From Lama guanicoe (Eukaryota), in NCBI GenBank assembly GCA_013239625.1, contig MU053934.1, forward strand, positions 4,048,399 to 4,112,398: a stretch of 64,000 nt of DNA, given 5' to 3'. The translations under genes were made by a program, and so were the position numbers. Of the stretch, positions 28,040 to 40,432 are shown piece by piece; positions within the stretch are counted from its first letter, which is position 1; every line of letters begins with the position of its first letter. The notes beneath the pieces are model-generated. The model had not been told where the DNA came from, searched no databases, and worked only from the letters and a program-made list of their open reading frames with translations.

Positions 28040-28420
28040 GTGTAGCATAAAACCTACACACATCCTTCCATATACTTTAAATCATTTCTAGATTATTTTG
28101 GGGGGGAGGGAATCAAACCATTTTATGGAGGGGCTTTGGGGGAGGGTCAAAGGGCTGTGAGGACAATGAGGTCTGATGTCCTTGTCCTGACTGGGTCTCC
28201 CCAGCTTCAAGGTTGCCTAAAGCTCAAGATTATAATACCTAATACAATGTAAATGCTTCATAGTTATAAATACAATTTAAATACTATGTAAATTGTTGGT
28301 AGAGCATGGCAAATCCAAATTTTGCTTTTTGGAAATTTCTGGATTTTCTTCCTGAGTATTTTTGATCCTAGGTTGGTTGAACCCATGGAGGTGGAACCTG
28401 TGGATACGAAGGGCCCACTA
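28040..28420 (+). mobile_element. MER2 (Tigger family) 3' half, interrupted at ~28097-28226
   Basis: acctacacacatccttccatatactttaaatcatttctagatta | ttataatacctaatacaatgtaaatgct...ggttggttgaa...ggatacgaagggcc. Confidence 0.8.
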
Positions 28421-30039
28421 TACTTATCTATAGCTGTACTCATTCTCCCTCCGTCCCCCTCAAACTTCTTTTCTTTTTTCTTATTTAAGCAAGTCCTCTT
28501 ACATCTCAGTGCCTTTATACACACAATTATCTCTGACACAAAAGCCCCTTTCCCCTTGTGTTTGTTCATTTAGCTCCTACTCACCCATCAAGTGTCATCT
28601 CTTCCTGAAAACCTTGCCCAATACCCTGAAACAGAGAAGAGGAGAGCCTGCCTGCCCTGTGCTCTCACATCACTATGTATATTCTCCTATTAAAGTAACT
28701 ACATTATAATTTTTAATTCATGGTCTCATTCCCCCACTATACTCTAAATCCTTATGCATTTTTGTAACTTCAGTGCCTAGAAAAGTGCCTATAATATAGA
28801 AGACACTCAGTAAATACTGTTGAATGGATACAGAAGAGAAGACAATTTGGGTCACCCCAAAACTAGATCCTTTTAGACACAGATTTGTGACATATCTTCA
28901 CTGAAGCTGTAATTCAAGGAATTTTAAGGGTATTCTGACAGAAAGTAGACAGGATTTCCCCCTAACTGAATTAATCCGCCCACCACCCGCTTACAGATAA
29001 TCTAAAGAAGAGCAGGAATACAGAGCTTTTAGATGTATGGCTGCGTTTTTTTCTTAGCAAATTATTGGCTTGCTATTACCAATGTGGTACCCTCTGCACA
29101 AACGGAGATCAGGTACTACTGCTTGTCATTGGTTACTCCAGGTGAAGAGCCTGAATGTTAAGAATGTCATTTCCAAATGGAGATGATTTTGAATGAACTA
29201 AATGGGAAATAAATGATAGGATCTTCAAAAATGCTAAGAAATCATATAGGAAAGATAATATAGGGAGAAAAAAGTCCTAAAAAGTGACTCATAATGTAAG
29301 AGGTTATACTTAATTAAAATAGATGGTAACACAGCATAACAGCCTTAGCTCTGGGAGAGTATCAAGCCAATTCAAATTTTACTTGCTCCATCAAAGTGTT
29401 CAGGATTCTGTGCAGAATTTTATGCAGAATTTACAGTTCTTAACTTTTCTTATAAGTCACTAGCACTTTGGTAATGTAGTAAAAGATATAGACTCTCCCC
29501 CCTTCTGCCAGAAAAATGCACATATGTACATATACAAAACTATTCATATAAGTTCAGGAGATTCAAGGTTCTTCCCCCTCTGATGTGGATGAGTATTAAC
29601 AATAGTAACAACAACCAAGATTCATTGAGTCCTTACTATGTGGCAGACACTCTTCTAATTCATATAATTATTTTCTTTTGCTTGGATTCCATATTTAGTA
29701 TATAACTTTGGATAAAAATTTAGATTCTTATTGAGATCTGCCTATAAGGAGAGAATGCACTGGTCACAAGAACCTCAAATGTAGTTACGTTTTTCTTCAT
29801 CAGTAAACTGGCCCTCTGATCTTTCATTGAGTCTCATGAGTTTGATTAATATAAGCCTGCCCCTGAGAAATGGATTTGTTCTTAGTAGAATGACCAAATC
29901 AAATCTCTGTCTGTAAGGCTGAAGGTCCTGAACTCTGGTTCAACTCACTAAGGTAATGGATATATCACTACAAAGCCTCTCAAATGACAGCACGCTAACC
30001 TTTCCCCAGGCATGTACAGCTTTAATGTGCTATGTGGTG

Positions 30040-30380
30040 TATGAGCTTTGGAGTTAGATCTGGGTTCAAATTTTTGCTTATCAGCCAGCCATGTGACCTC
30101 AGGAAAATTTTTTAATCATTCTAGGTATGTTTCTTCATTTTTTTTAATGGGGGTAATAACTGTACCTAATTGGTAGGGTAACTAAGAATAAAATACAATA
30201 ATTTAGGTAAGGCATTAACCCAGTGACTGTAAGTATTACTATCTGTTTTCCTAATCCTGACTCAAACACTTATTATCTATGTTACCTTGGGCTAATTATT
30301 TACTTTTATGAATCTCAGTTTCTTTAACTGTAAAATGGGAACCAAAAAAAAAAACTTCTTAGGGCTGTTGTGAAGATTCA
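30040..30380. mobile_element. Two adjacent MIR SINEs
   Basis: gggttcaaat..tgtgacctcagg and gttaccttgggc..tctcagtttctttaactgtaaaatggga cores. Confidence 0.65.
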
Positions 30381-30489
30381 AGATATATTTAATATTGGGA
30401 GCCTACTACATGCCAGGAACTGTGCCAGGTTGTTTATATACATTAGCTTTACCCTTGCAGTAATCTTGGCATGTATGAGATATTCAATA

Positions 30490-30592
30490 GGAAGGTGGGT
30501 ATAGCTCAGTGGTAGAGTGTATGCTCAGCATACACAGGGTCCTGGGTTCAATTCCCAATACCTCCACTAAAAAAAAAAAGAGAGAGAGAGAA
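30490..30592 (+). mobile_element. Vic-1-like tRNA-derived SINE
   Basis: tagctcagtggtagag A box, gggttcaattcc B box, A/(AG)n tail. Confidence 0.85.
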
Positions 30593-31576
30593 ACTCTCAA
30601 TAAATAGTAATTATTATAATTTAACTAATGATTCAGTTAAAACAGTCACTTTTTCAATGACATGTAAACCAAGAAACTTTTCTTAAAGTTTCTTTGAACT
30701 TCTTTGAGTATTCTAGCAGTTACAACCAAGTCTTGAGGTAAAGTACAAGAAGGTGTAATAGCATTCCACATTCTTTTAGAGGGTTTTAATTTACTTCTAT
30801 TTCTGACCAAGTAAAGACAGCTTCAGAAAACCACCCACATTCCTCCTTTAGCCTATTCTTTTATTTTCCCTTCTTTTATATTTTCTTATCTTCTTTCTTC
30901 CTTCTCTCAGGGGGTGCAGGAGTATGATGAGAAAGAGGAAGAGATAAGGGTGGATATTAGGAATAAAGAGGGCCCAGGAAAGATTGTTTCATTTATCCCC
31001 TTCTTGTTGAACAGGATACATACAGCATGTTATATTGTTGACAGAGACCCAGAACAGCCTGATCTCCCAACTTCAAATTAGGGTGCAGGGGTCATGAAGT
31101 ATAGGATTATGGTATTGGTAGGGCAGGTGATATTCTTCTGGGAGTAAGATGGGAAGAGTAGCACAGTGAAACTAAAAGAGACTCAACCTTGAAGTCAAAC
31201 ATACCTGGGTTCAAATCCTGGCTCCTGCTTTTTAACTGTGTGATTGAGCAAGTGGGCATTCTGAGCTGTTGTTTCCTCCTTTATAAATTAGGGATAATAA
31301 TAGTGTCTACCTCAAGCACTGGTTGGAGTGGAAACCTGAGGGGTCTGGGCAAGGGCAGACTTGATGGACAATTGGTACTCCTGATACTTTTGACTTGCTA
31401 AGGAATAAACTTAAAGATGGAATTTTTGAGAAAGGGTCCATTGAGAGAAAGGCTGAGTGAATACGTCCAAGAATGAGGATACTTTGAGATTAGAGGAAGA
31501 TAAAGAGAGTACTGCCAAAAGAGAAGAATTGTGATGAAAAATAAGAGATGGTTAAAAACAAAAGGGAATATGTTTT

Positions 31577-32422
31577 ACAGATGACCAATAGTAACATGAA
31601 AAGATGCTCAACATCGCTAATTATTAGAGAAATGCAAATCAAAACTATGAGTTACCTCACACCAGTCAGAATGGCCATCATTAAAAATCCACAAATAATA
31701 AATACTGGAGAGGGTGTGGAGAAAAGGGAGTCCTCCTACACTGTTGGTGGGAGTATAATTTTGTTCAGCCACTATGGAAAACAGTATGGAGGTTTCTTAA
31801 AAAACTAAAAATAGTTACCATATGATCCAGCAATCCCACTCCTGGGCCTGTATCTGAAGAAAACTCTAATTCGAAAAGATACATGCACCTTAATGTTCAT
31901 AGCAGCAATATTTACAATAGCCAAGACATGGAAACAACCTAAATGTTCATCAACAGATGAACAGATAAAGAAGTTGTGGTATATATATGTACAATGGAAT
32001 ACTACTCAGTGATAAAAAAGAATGACATAATACTATTTGCAGCAACATGAATGGACCTAGAGATTATCATGCTAAGGGAAGTCAGACAGAGAAAGACAAA
32101 TATCACATATTACTTATATATGGAATCTTTTTAAAAAATGATACAAATGAACTTATTTACAAAACAGAAACAGACTCACAGACATAGAAAATAAACTTAC
32201 TGTTACTAAAGGGGAAGGGGAGGGAGAGATAAATTAGGAATTTGGGATTAGCAGATACAAACTACTATATTTATATGTAAAATAGATAAACAATAAGGCC
32301 CTACTGTTTACATCTTGCAGTAATCTATAATGAAAAAGAATATATACATATGTATAACTGAATCACTAAGCTGTACATCAGAAACCAACACAACATTGTA
32401 AAACAACTATACTTCAATAAAA
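31577..32422 (+). mobile_element. 5'-truncated L1 (ORF2 C-terminus, 3'UTR, polyA) with imperfect TSD aaagg..tatgttt
   Basis: ORF 31548..31808 contains [17 protein letters not shown]; ends acttcaataaaaaaa. Confidence 0.92.
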
Positions 32423-34454
32423 AAAGGAGTATGTTTAAGAAGTTTTGTTAAGTAACCCCACCCCTCATTTCCTCCCAAAATACGCAGAAAAATCTACATA
32501 TTTTTCAAAATTTTGAAGATGGAATTTTGGGGGTGGGGTAGGGAGAGGTGCAGCAACATGAGACTGGCTTCATAGAACAGGGAGACCCAAGGAGGCTGAG
32601 TTACGCTGGGGTGATACGAGCAATATGTAAGATGATACAGGGAAGTACTTGGCACATGGTAAGCAACCAATAAACATAAATGCTCTTAATTTTGAGGGAG
32701 AGGAAAGTGAAGTTCAAATAATTTAAATGTTGCACAAGGTCACCATGCTAGTAACTTTGGTTTAATGTTTTTTTCTCTAACCATATTGCCTCTTAACTTA
32801 CACTAATGATGTAGAATCAGTAAGTGACATCCTTGAATAAACTGACTGCACATTTACAAGACTGCAAATGTAAGACGACTTTTTGTTTTAAGAAAACAAA
32901 TACACAAATGAAGTAGGTGGCATCATCATGGTCTTATTTGTTATCTTATTATTTGCCCTGGTATGGAGCTTTACAGGCTGATACTTTGACTTTATTTCCA
33001 GGTCTTCATCAACTGGATCATTCTAGTTCTAAAATCTGTTATCTGTAAGCCTCATCTAGGAGCTACTGCTCTGCTGTATCATATGGCAGCTCCTTGCCTC
33101 TATAATTTTGTTCCTTTTTAATGTGATGTGCCATCAAGTACAGTGCATGGGAAATAAACCTCAATCATTGTTGGTGAACTTGAAGACTCATACCAATTAT
33201 AGTGATATTGCTCTGACAGGTGCCAGGAGAGCTGCAGCTTGAAGTTCCTTAACACTGAGAAACAAAGATATTTTCTTTATGGGAAATGTTCTAACAGCAT
33301 TTGAAATCCTTTAGTGTAAAACTATTCTTTTCTAAAAAAAATTTAGTTATGGCAATTTATGTGTTTTATAGCACATGCATTTAATTTATATTGTTATAAT
33401 ATACTTTAGAATATACTAATTATAGTAAAACTTTTTTCCTTATGACTTGCATAGGTGGAAGACATGCTGTTTCAAAGCAGATTCACTCAGCAAAAACACT
33501 AGCCTTTGCTACCTTCTTTGGCTCTTAGTTTACTTCATTATAACTCTCCTTCCTTCTCTGACTTCTTTAATTATTTCCTTTCTGTCGCCTATTTTTCTCT
33601 TATTGGATTAAATTCAAAATGGTTTTACCCTTTTTGAAACTTTCAACAAATAGAAGGAAAAGAACCCCTGTCTGACCTAATTTCCACAGACTTCTTTGCC
33701 TTCTAACTCTGGATAGACAGTTTCGGCCTCTTCAACGTTCCCTCCCAACACCTGAAGAAAGAACACTGCTCTTTAACTTGTACTGTTTTATTTGAGTGCA
33801 ACCCACTTCCTCCCTCTGAGCCAATGAGTCATTTTCTCTTTTTAAAGCAAGCCTTAAAAATCTTCCATTTCTCTTCAGTTTAAAATTATTCTCTTTGTAA
33901 AGTACTTCATGTCCTGTGTATGAAAGATACCCTATAAAACAGAGAAGACTGCCTTAACCATTCAAGGACTACAGACAATGCATGACCTACCAAGACTTTA
34001 AAATTTTGAGTTAAATGGACATCATTTATTTTCTTTCTAATGGAAGCAAGGCATATAGTCTCTTTTGTTCACTAGTGAATGCCTAGAATCCTAATACATA
34101 GTAGATTTTCAATAAATACATATTGAATGAATAAATGATTGAATTCCTCCTCCTCAGTCTTTTAAAAATGCTTAATACCATTTGGGACTTAATACTTTTC
34201 ACATTGGAATCTCCTGTAATTAAGTAGAAAATATTCATAAAAGGGTATTGAAAAGTGAGAAGTATATCAAACTGCAGAAGATAAAGCAATACTTTTAGGG
34301 TTAGTTTAGAAAATGCCTAAAGAGAGATACACATTCATTTCAGTACAATTTACAGAATTTATGAAATCATATCAAATATCTTTTAATATATATGTCAATG
34401 ACTGATTTATCTGCTGCTAAATGATGTAGTGACTCAGTTTTAAAGAAACAGAAT

Positions 34455-35395
34455 TTTGAATTGCAACAGTCAGGGTAATAATTGATTTAAGCAAAAATCT
34501 TCAATGGATGCTAAAACCAGTGGGTGAAAGCTTATTGCAGTACACGATATTTACACAAGTCTCAAGGTATCACTCCACAAATTACTTATTAATTACAAAG
34601 GGGAAAAGGTCTTTTACAACAGAGAAATCTTGTGAATGCCATTTTAATCACATGATTAAACTTAACATCACTAAAAATGGGACAAACTGCCATAGTGGGC
34701 CTCCTGATACGATATATGGAAAAGGCCGTAATATCACTTACATAGTTTTCTTGTCGAAAGTGTTTAACATTTTAAATAATGAGAAAAAAAACCAACACCA
34801 AAATGAGAGACATTCTGAAAAACAGTTGGTCTATGCTCTTCCAAAATGTCAGTGTCACAAAAGTCTAACAAAGGTTGAGGAGCTGTTCTGATTAAAGGAA
34901 TCTAAAGAGATATGACAACTACACAGATTGCATGGTCCTCAATTGATCCTGAATCAAAAATAAAACAAAAAACCCAACAACCATAAAGGATATTATTAGA
35001 ACTGGAGACAACTGAATATAACTGTATATTAGATAAGTAGTATGCCAATGTCAAATTTCCTGCTATACTAATTATATTGTGGTTATATAGGAGAATGGTC
35101 TTGTCTCAGAAGAGATATGCTGAAGTATTAAGAGGTGAGGTGTCATAATGTCTGCAAATAGTTCTCAATGGTTCAGGGGAAAAAAACTCTCAAAAGGTTC
35201 ACAAAAAATATGTATGTATATATATTTGAGCATGTGTGTGTATGTTTGTATATAGAGAATTTTACACACACTTGCATACACACACAGAGAAAAACGTGGC
35301 AAAATGTTAACAATTGATGAAAATAGGCAAATGATATTTGTGTATTCATTGTGCTAGTCATGCAACTTTTCTCTGGTTAAAAATTGTTCTAAATA
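34455..35395 (+). mobile_element. Old L1MC-like 3' end
   Basis: ggatgctaaaaccagtgggtgaaag...cacaaattacttattaattacaaaggggaaaa...gtggcaaaatgttaacaatt. Confidence 0.75.
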
Positions 35396-35535
35396 GGCAG
35401 GAGGGTATAGCTCAAGTGGTAGAGTGCATGCTTAGTATGCATGAGGTCCTGGATTCAATCCCCAGTACTTCCTCTAAGAATAGATAAATAAATAAACCTA
35501 ATTACTTCACCCCTACCAAAAAAAAAAAAGATTAA
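35396..35535 (+). mobile_element. Vic-1-like SINE with TSD AAAAATT(G/A)TTCTAAATA, inserted in the L1MC tail
   Basis: A/B boxes and TSD read directly. Confidence 0.88.
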
Positions 35536-36255
35536 AAAATTATTCTAAATAAAAATTATTTTAAAAGATCTTTAAAAAAGCAACACATAGATTCAGGGTT
35601 ATTTTGATTGCTAATTCAGATACAAAAATGTTCAAAATTTTTGGTGGTAGCAACTAATCTTTCTTCAAATTTTCCATTTCAGTGTTCTACTTTAGCTCTC
35701 TTTGTCTTTCTACTCACTGCCATCTTTCAAGCAGAGCCATCAATATGTATGTTATGTGCACAACTACTTCAACAAATTATGAATATGCCTAGTGTGGACT
35801 GAAATTCTGTTTCTTCAAATAGGAGACTTCTGTCACAGGACCTGTTATAAATATATGTCATGTATATCCTGTAGAGAGCCTGCTTTTTTGTGTTTAGGCT
35901 AACAGCTTATCAGTACAATAGAAACCATTCATGTATCTGGAATATAAGCTTTTATTTCCCTAGGATCTTTTTCTTACTGTCCTCCTATATCCTGTCAGTC
36001 CTAGACAGAAAGGAACCCAAAGTATCTCTGAAAATGGTTAAACTCTTGCTTTGTTTTATAAAGTAGAGAAAAATAGGTTCTGGATAATAAATGAGTGATA
36101 TTTGCAATTATGAATATGCACTGCACAGTAAAGTGATTTGTGATATCCTTGTGCCCACATCAAGACTGATCATTTTAGAATTATTTCCTATTCTATACTC
36201 TAACCCTTTTGATATTAACCTTTGTGAAATACAAAAGCAAAATGTTGCAGCTTAC

Positions 36256-36316
36256 GTCATAGTTGCTCCTGGATCAGCAGTCATTTGATTGGTCACAAAC
36301 ACAGCCACATTATATT
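36256..36316 (-). CDS. DMC1: DMC1 exon 12 (EYNVAVFVTNQMTADPGATMT)
   Basis: Manual translation; CAG and GTAAG; 61 nt. Confidence 0.97.
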
Positions 36317-36682
36317 CTGCATCGAGAAATAAAATTAAGAAACTAAGAGAATGACAATGTAAATATAAAAAGTTCAGTACTTAGATTTCAGAGTTTAGAA
36401 ATATTGTGCCATGAAATTATTTGATAAACAAGATTATATTCCTGTTTTTTCACTGATAACATAGATTAAATTATTTTAACTTATTATTGTTACTATTATT
36501 TAGGCACCTTATTGTATTAGAATCAGTATTTTTGGTTTAAAAAGAGTTGTATTCCCATGAAGGTAATTTTATTTTTTAAAAATATATTGCCTCCTGCCAT
36601 TATGCTGAGTGTCTCTGCAAAGCCTACTCGGCAAACAGTCACAGAAGCTATTCTGATAGCACCATTTATTTTAAAAATCTAC

Positions 36683-36797
36683 CTTCTGAGATTTTTTGGA
36701 GTCGTGACAACATCTGGGCCAATTTTTGCTGCCGTTCAGCCAACTCCCCACGACCACTGAAATCCACTCGGAAAAGTGCCATTATTGAATCAATGAT
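36683..36797 (-). CDS. DMC1: DMC1 exon 11 ([38 protein letters not shown]; Walker B end, loop L1)
   Basis: Manual translation; CAG and GTAGA; 115 nt. Confidence 0.97.
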
Positions 36798-36929
36798 CTG
36801 TGCAGGATTAACGTAAAAATAAATATGCATTTGGAAATGGAAAGAAAAAGTTAATTTGAATTGGAATCAACAGAAGAAAGATAACATGCTGAATAGCTCT
36901 AGGAGTGAACAATATTTAAAAGCCTGTAC

Positions 36930-37003
36930 CAATAGCTTGAAGATGCCAGCTTCTTCATGGAACTTTGCTGCTACATAATCAAGTAGCTCCATCTGATGTT
37001 CAC
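36930..37003 (-). CDS. DMC1: DMC1 exon 10 (EHQMELLDYVAAKFHEEAGIFKLL)
   Basis: ORF 36867..37064; CAG and GTACAG; 74 nt. Confidence 0.97.
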
Positions 37004-37405
37004 CTGGTGGGAGATGCAGTGAGAAAATGTTATAAAACCTAGAAGAAGCAGAGGCTAAGATCATGTAAGTTCTTGGGAGTCAGGCAAAAGAAAGTCCTTG
37101 AAGAATTTTCTAAATAATTTATGACTATTAAATATGATTTCATATTCCACTTTAGCATATATACCAAATGCTGCCTTATCACAAAAGAATGTTACTCTCC
37201 ATTTCAAAGACAAAGAATAAGAAATAATTTGAGGGCATTTCTATCTAATGACTTGCCAGATGATAAAGTTTGTGTACTGACTAAATAAATTTGGAGAAAA
37301 GTAAAAGAGAAAAAGAATAGTGTCAAAATGTTGTATCACTCAAATAATAAATCAGTGCTGCCAACCTTAACACAGCCCAAGCACCCAATTGCATAGGGCT
37401 CTTAC

Positions 37406-37497
37406 TAGTATATGCACGTGCATAAAGTACATTGTCCAAGACTGCATCGTGGTCTACATTGAAGCGATCAGCAATGTCCCGAAGGCGATCTGGACGG
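37406..37497 (-). CDS. DMC1: DMC1 exon 9 (RPDRLRDIADRFNVDHDAVLDNVLYARAYT)
   Basis: ORF 37323..37511; CAG and GTAAG; 92 nt. Confidence 0.97.
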
Positions 37498-40359
37498 CTG
37501 GGGTATGTCAAGATTAAGGATCCAATAAATCAGTTCCAAAAGGTTTAGACAACAACTACAAAAAATAATACTGTGGGTAAGTATTTTAAAGAGAGGCAAA
37601 ACAATGTACCTGTAAAGGTATTCTGGAGGATGCTAATAATCACTTAAAATCTATATCAGATTTTATTTTTCATAAGTGCCTCAATTAATGAATACCTTAG
37701 GTAGTGATAACAGTGATAGAAATGAGACAGCAGTAAATTTAAATACTAAGTTATCTGATCTAAACAATAACCTTGGAAGCTAGTTGTTATGGCCTATATA
37801 ACTTTTACAAATGAGGACACTGACAAACAGGGATTAGGCAAATGACTCAGGATTATGCAGCAAATCAGTTACAAGAGAGAAACTAGAAACTAAGATTTGT
37901 GAATCTCTTTTGTTCTCAGTTCTATAAAAATAGATCTATTCTAGGAAGATAATATCACTGAATTATAATTCAAGTCACTTCAAAGTGAATTAATTCACTC
38001 TCTTCATATTCCTCACTTGTTCAATATGAAATAGTTTAATATACTACTATATACAATGTGTTACCAACAAATGATAAATTTGACTGCATGAACAAAAGGG
38101 TCAAAAAAGTAACTTCAAGGATCCAGAAGGGAATTATTAACATATGTTCCTTGGTTTATTTTAGGGTTTAAAATCCACCGTCTTCTACATGAGTTTTGTT
38201 AGCATTCTGAAATTAGTAAATTCATAAGGAGGCAAATTCAGTGTACCTGCAAAGGTATTCTGGAAGATGCTAATAATCACTTACTCTATCTAAACTATAA
38301 AGGAGTAATAAACATTTTTTTAGGTCTTTGGTGATCTCAACAATATGTCTACAGTATTCTCTAAAGTGCAGTGAGACAAAATCAAGTGCGTGTCTGCAGT
38401 CTCAGTGCACACTGTTTACAGTGTTTGTAAATACTGATCGTACAATAAGTAACTGTAAAGCAGGGACCATTTATTATAATCTTATTTGTGACACTTGCTA
38501 CTAGTTCAATAAATGTTGAATTGAATTGTCTTTAGGTTTCCCCAGCCATTTATATCCTAAAGCACTATATATGTTTTCTTCAGAGCTTCAGTGACAGTCA
38601 CTAAAAATCTTCCATTGCTGCTGGGTATACCCAGTAGATTTTTTTTGTGAACAAGTCAAAGAAGACAAGGAATTGGAAGAGGCAATAAAAATGTTTTTCG
38701 TTACGTCAGTTTTTACAAAACTGGGTTACTATGCGACCAGGAGTGTAAAAGTTGGGCTTATGCCAAAGGGAGGTTCAACTCAATCTACAAATATTTATCA
38801 ACTGATTACCATATGGAATTGATTACCATATTAACCAATCACCAGTGCAAGGCACTGTGGAGGATATAAAGAGTCATAAGACAATCTATGCCATAGGTAA
38901 GCGTAAAAGATAATTATATAGACAAAATATAAACATATAAAAATAAAAATACTAAGAAAGCAGTACACATGTAAGAGACACAGAAAGCAGAACATTCCAC
39001 TGGGGCCCTTGCACGTCCTTACTCCTCCCAGTTGTTCCTCCCTACTCCCTCTTGCATATGATCTGGCTCCTAACCGTTTCTTTCTACCATTCTTGATAAA
39101 ATCCAAATTGCCCAAACAGTGGCAGCTATTCTGCAGAAACAATTCCTCCTTCTCCAAGAACCATCCTTAATCAATTGTTTCTGAAAGTAGCTGAACTCCA
39201 ACTGAGCTCCCCTTGCTACAGCCCTATTGTTAAAGAATGTCCTCAGAACCTGGTATCTCCTCAAACTACCATATTTCTTCTTCTGTTCATTGGTTAAATA
39301 CACACTGCTTCTATTCCTTACTGTCTATTTGCAACACATTTCCATCATCTTCCTTTATTGCAAATGGTCTCTTGGACTGCTAATTGCCAACCTCAGTGAT
39401 CCTCAGTTTGCAGCTTCTCTCTCTCTCTGTGGAACATTGCTGACTACCCTTTTCTTCTTGAAACTTCCCTTATGCTTGGCGTCCACAACCAGATTTCCTC
39501 CTACTTTGTCTATCTCTATGCATTCCTCTTTTTAGTCTCTCTTCCTAGACATAGGTACACCCCAAAGTTATGTTCTCAGTTCTCTTCTAAGTTCTCTTGC
39601 CCTCTTGGCTATTTCATCCATAACTTTGGCCTTACCCCTTTCTCAAGCTGAGTCTAACGTTTCCAACTGCCATGTGGATGTCCTCCTGTACATCATATTC
39701 AAAATCTTAAAATGAAACATCACCTTTTCTCTGCAACATGATCTTCCCAACTCTGTCATCATTATTCTCCAACTATCTAGACAAAGAAACCTAAGTGATT
39801 TCTCAAACCTCTTTCCTTTGTCTACCAAATACAGTCATCAAGTTTCATTGCCTGCCTAGAATATTGCAAAAGTATACAGTTTACACCCATCATCCAGCTT
39901 CAAGTTCCTTCATGTCTAAACTTTCCATCCTTGCATTCTGGAATAATTACACTTCAATTAAACTGCAATTCTTTTTGTTACTCAAACTTTCCTTCTGAGT
40001 TTTTGTTCAATTCATACCTTTCCCTTTATTTGAGACCATGACTTTGAGTAAATCAATAAATATTCTAACCATTAAGTAAAATCTTTCAAGAATTAAGAGG
40101 ATTAAAAACAAATAAGATATAATTTCCTCTGAAGTATTTCTTTTGTCAATTTTACACCAAACCCAATTGGAGAAGTGAAATTTTTTTAAACAAAAAGTGA
40201 TCTGAGACTTGACTAGCAACTGTTTCCCCTTGGCTTTTCTCATTATTGCTGGTTTACAGGATTATTACAAAAATGATGTATTTCAAACAAATTCTCTTTT
40301 ATAGTAACAGTACTATACCACAGTATTATGTTAGCAACTTGTTTAAATAAAAGGGATAC
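37498..40359 (-). other. DMC1: Putative U12-type (minor spliceosome) GT-AG intron, DMC1 intron 8
   Basis: 5'ss GTATCCCTTTT; branch TCCTTAATC at 37520-37512 close to the AG; no clear polypyrimidine tract. Confidence 0.8.
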
Positions 40360-40432
40360 AAAGTATTTTCTGTATCAATGAAGATAATCTTTCCTCCTGA
40401 GTAGCCACCTGCTCCTGGAAGTTGAGCTGTCA
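40360..40432 (-). CDS. DMC1: DMC1 exon 8 (VTAQLPGAGGYSGGKIIFIDTENTF)
   Basis: Manual translation; TAG acceptor, GTATCC donor; 73 nt. Confidence 0.97.

Noticed and set aside
34508..34891. 127-aa ORF in DMC1 intron 12
   Set aside because: Lies within an L1MC-like 3'UTR relic
35396..35475. tRNA-Ala-like sequences (this copy and five others) as tRNA genes
   Set aside because: Diverged stems, A-rich tails and TSDs show they are SINE insertions
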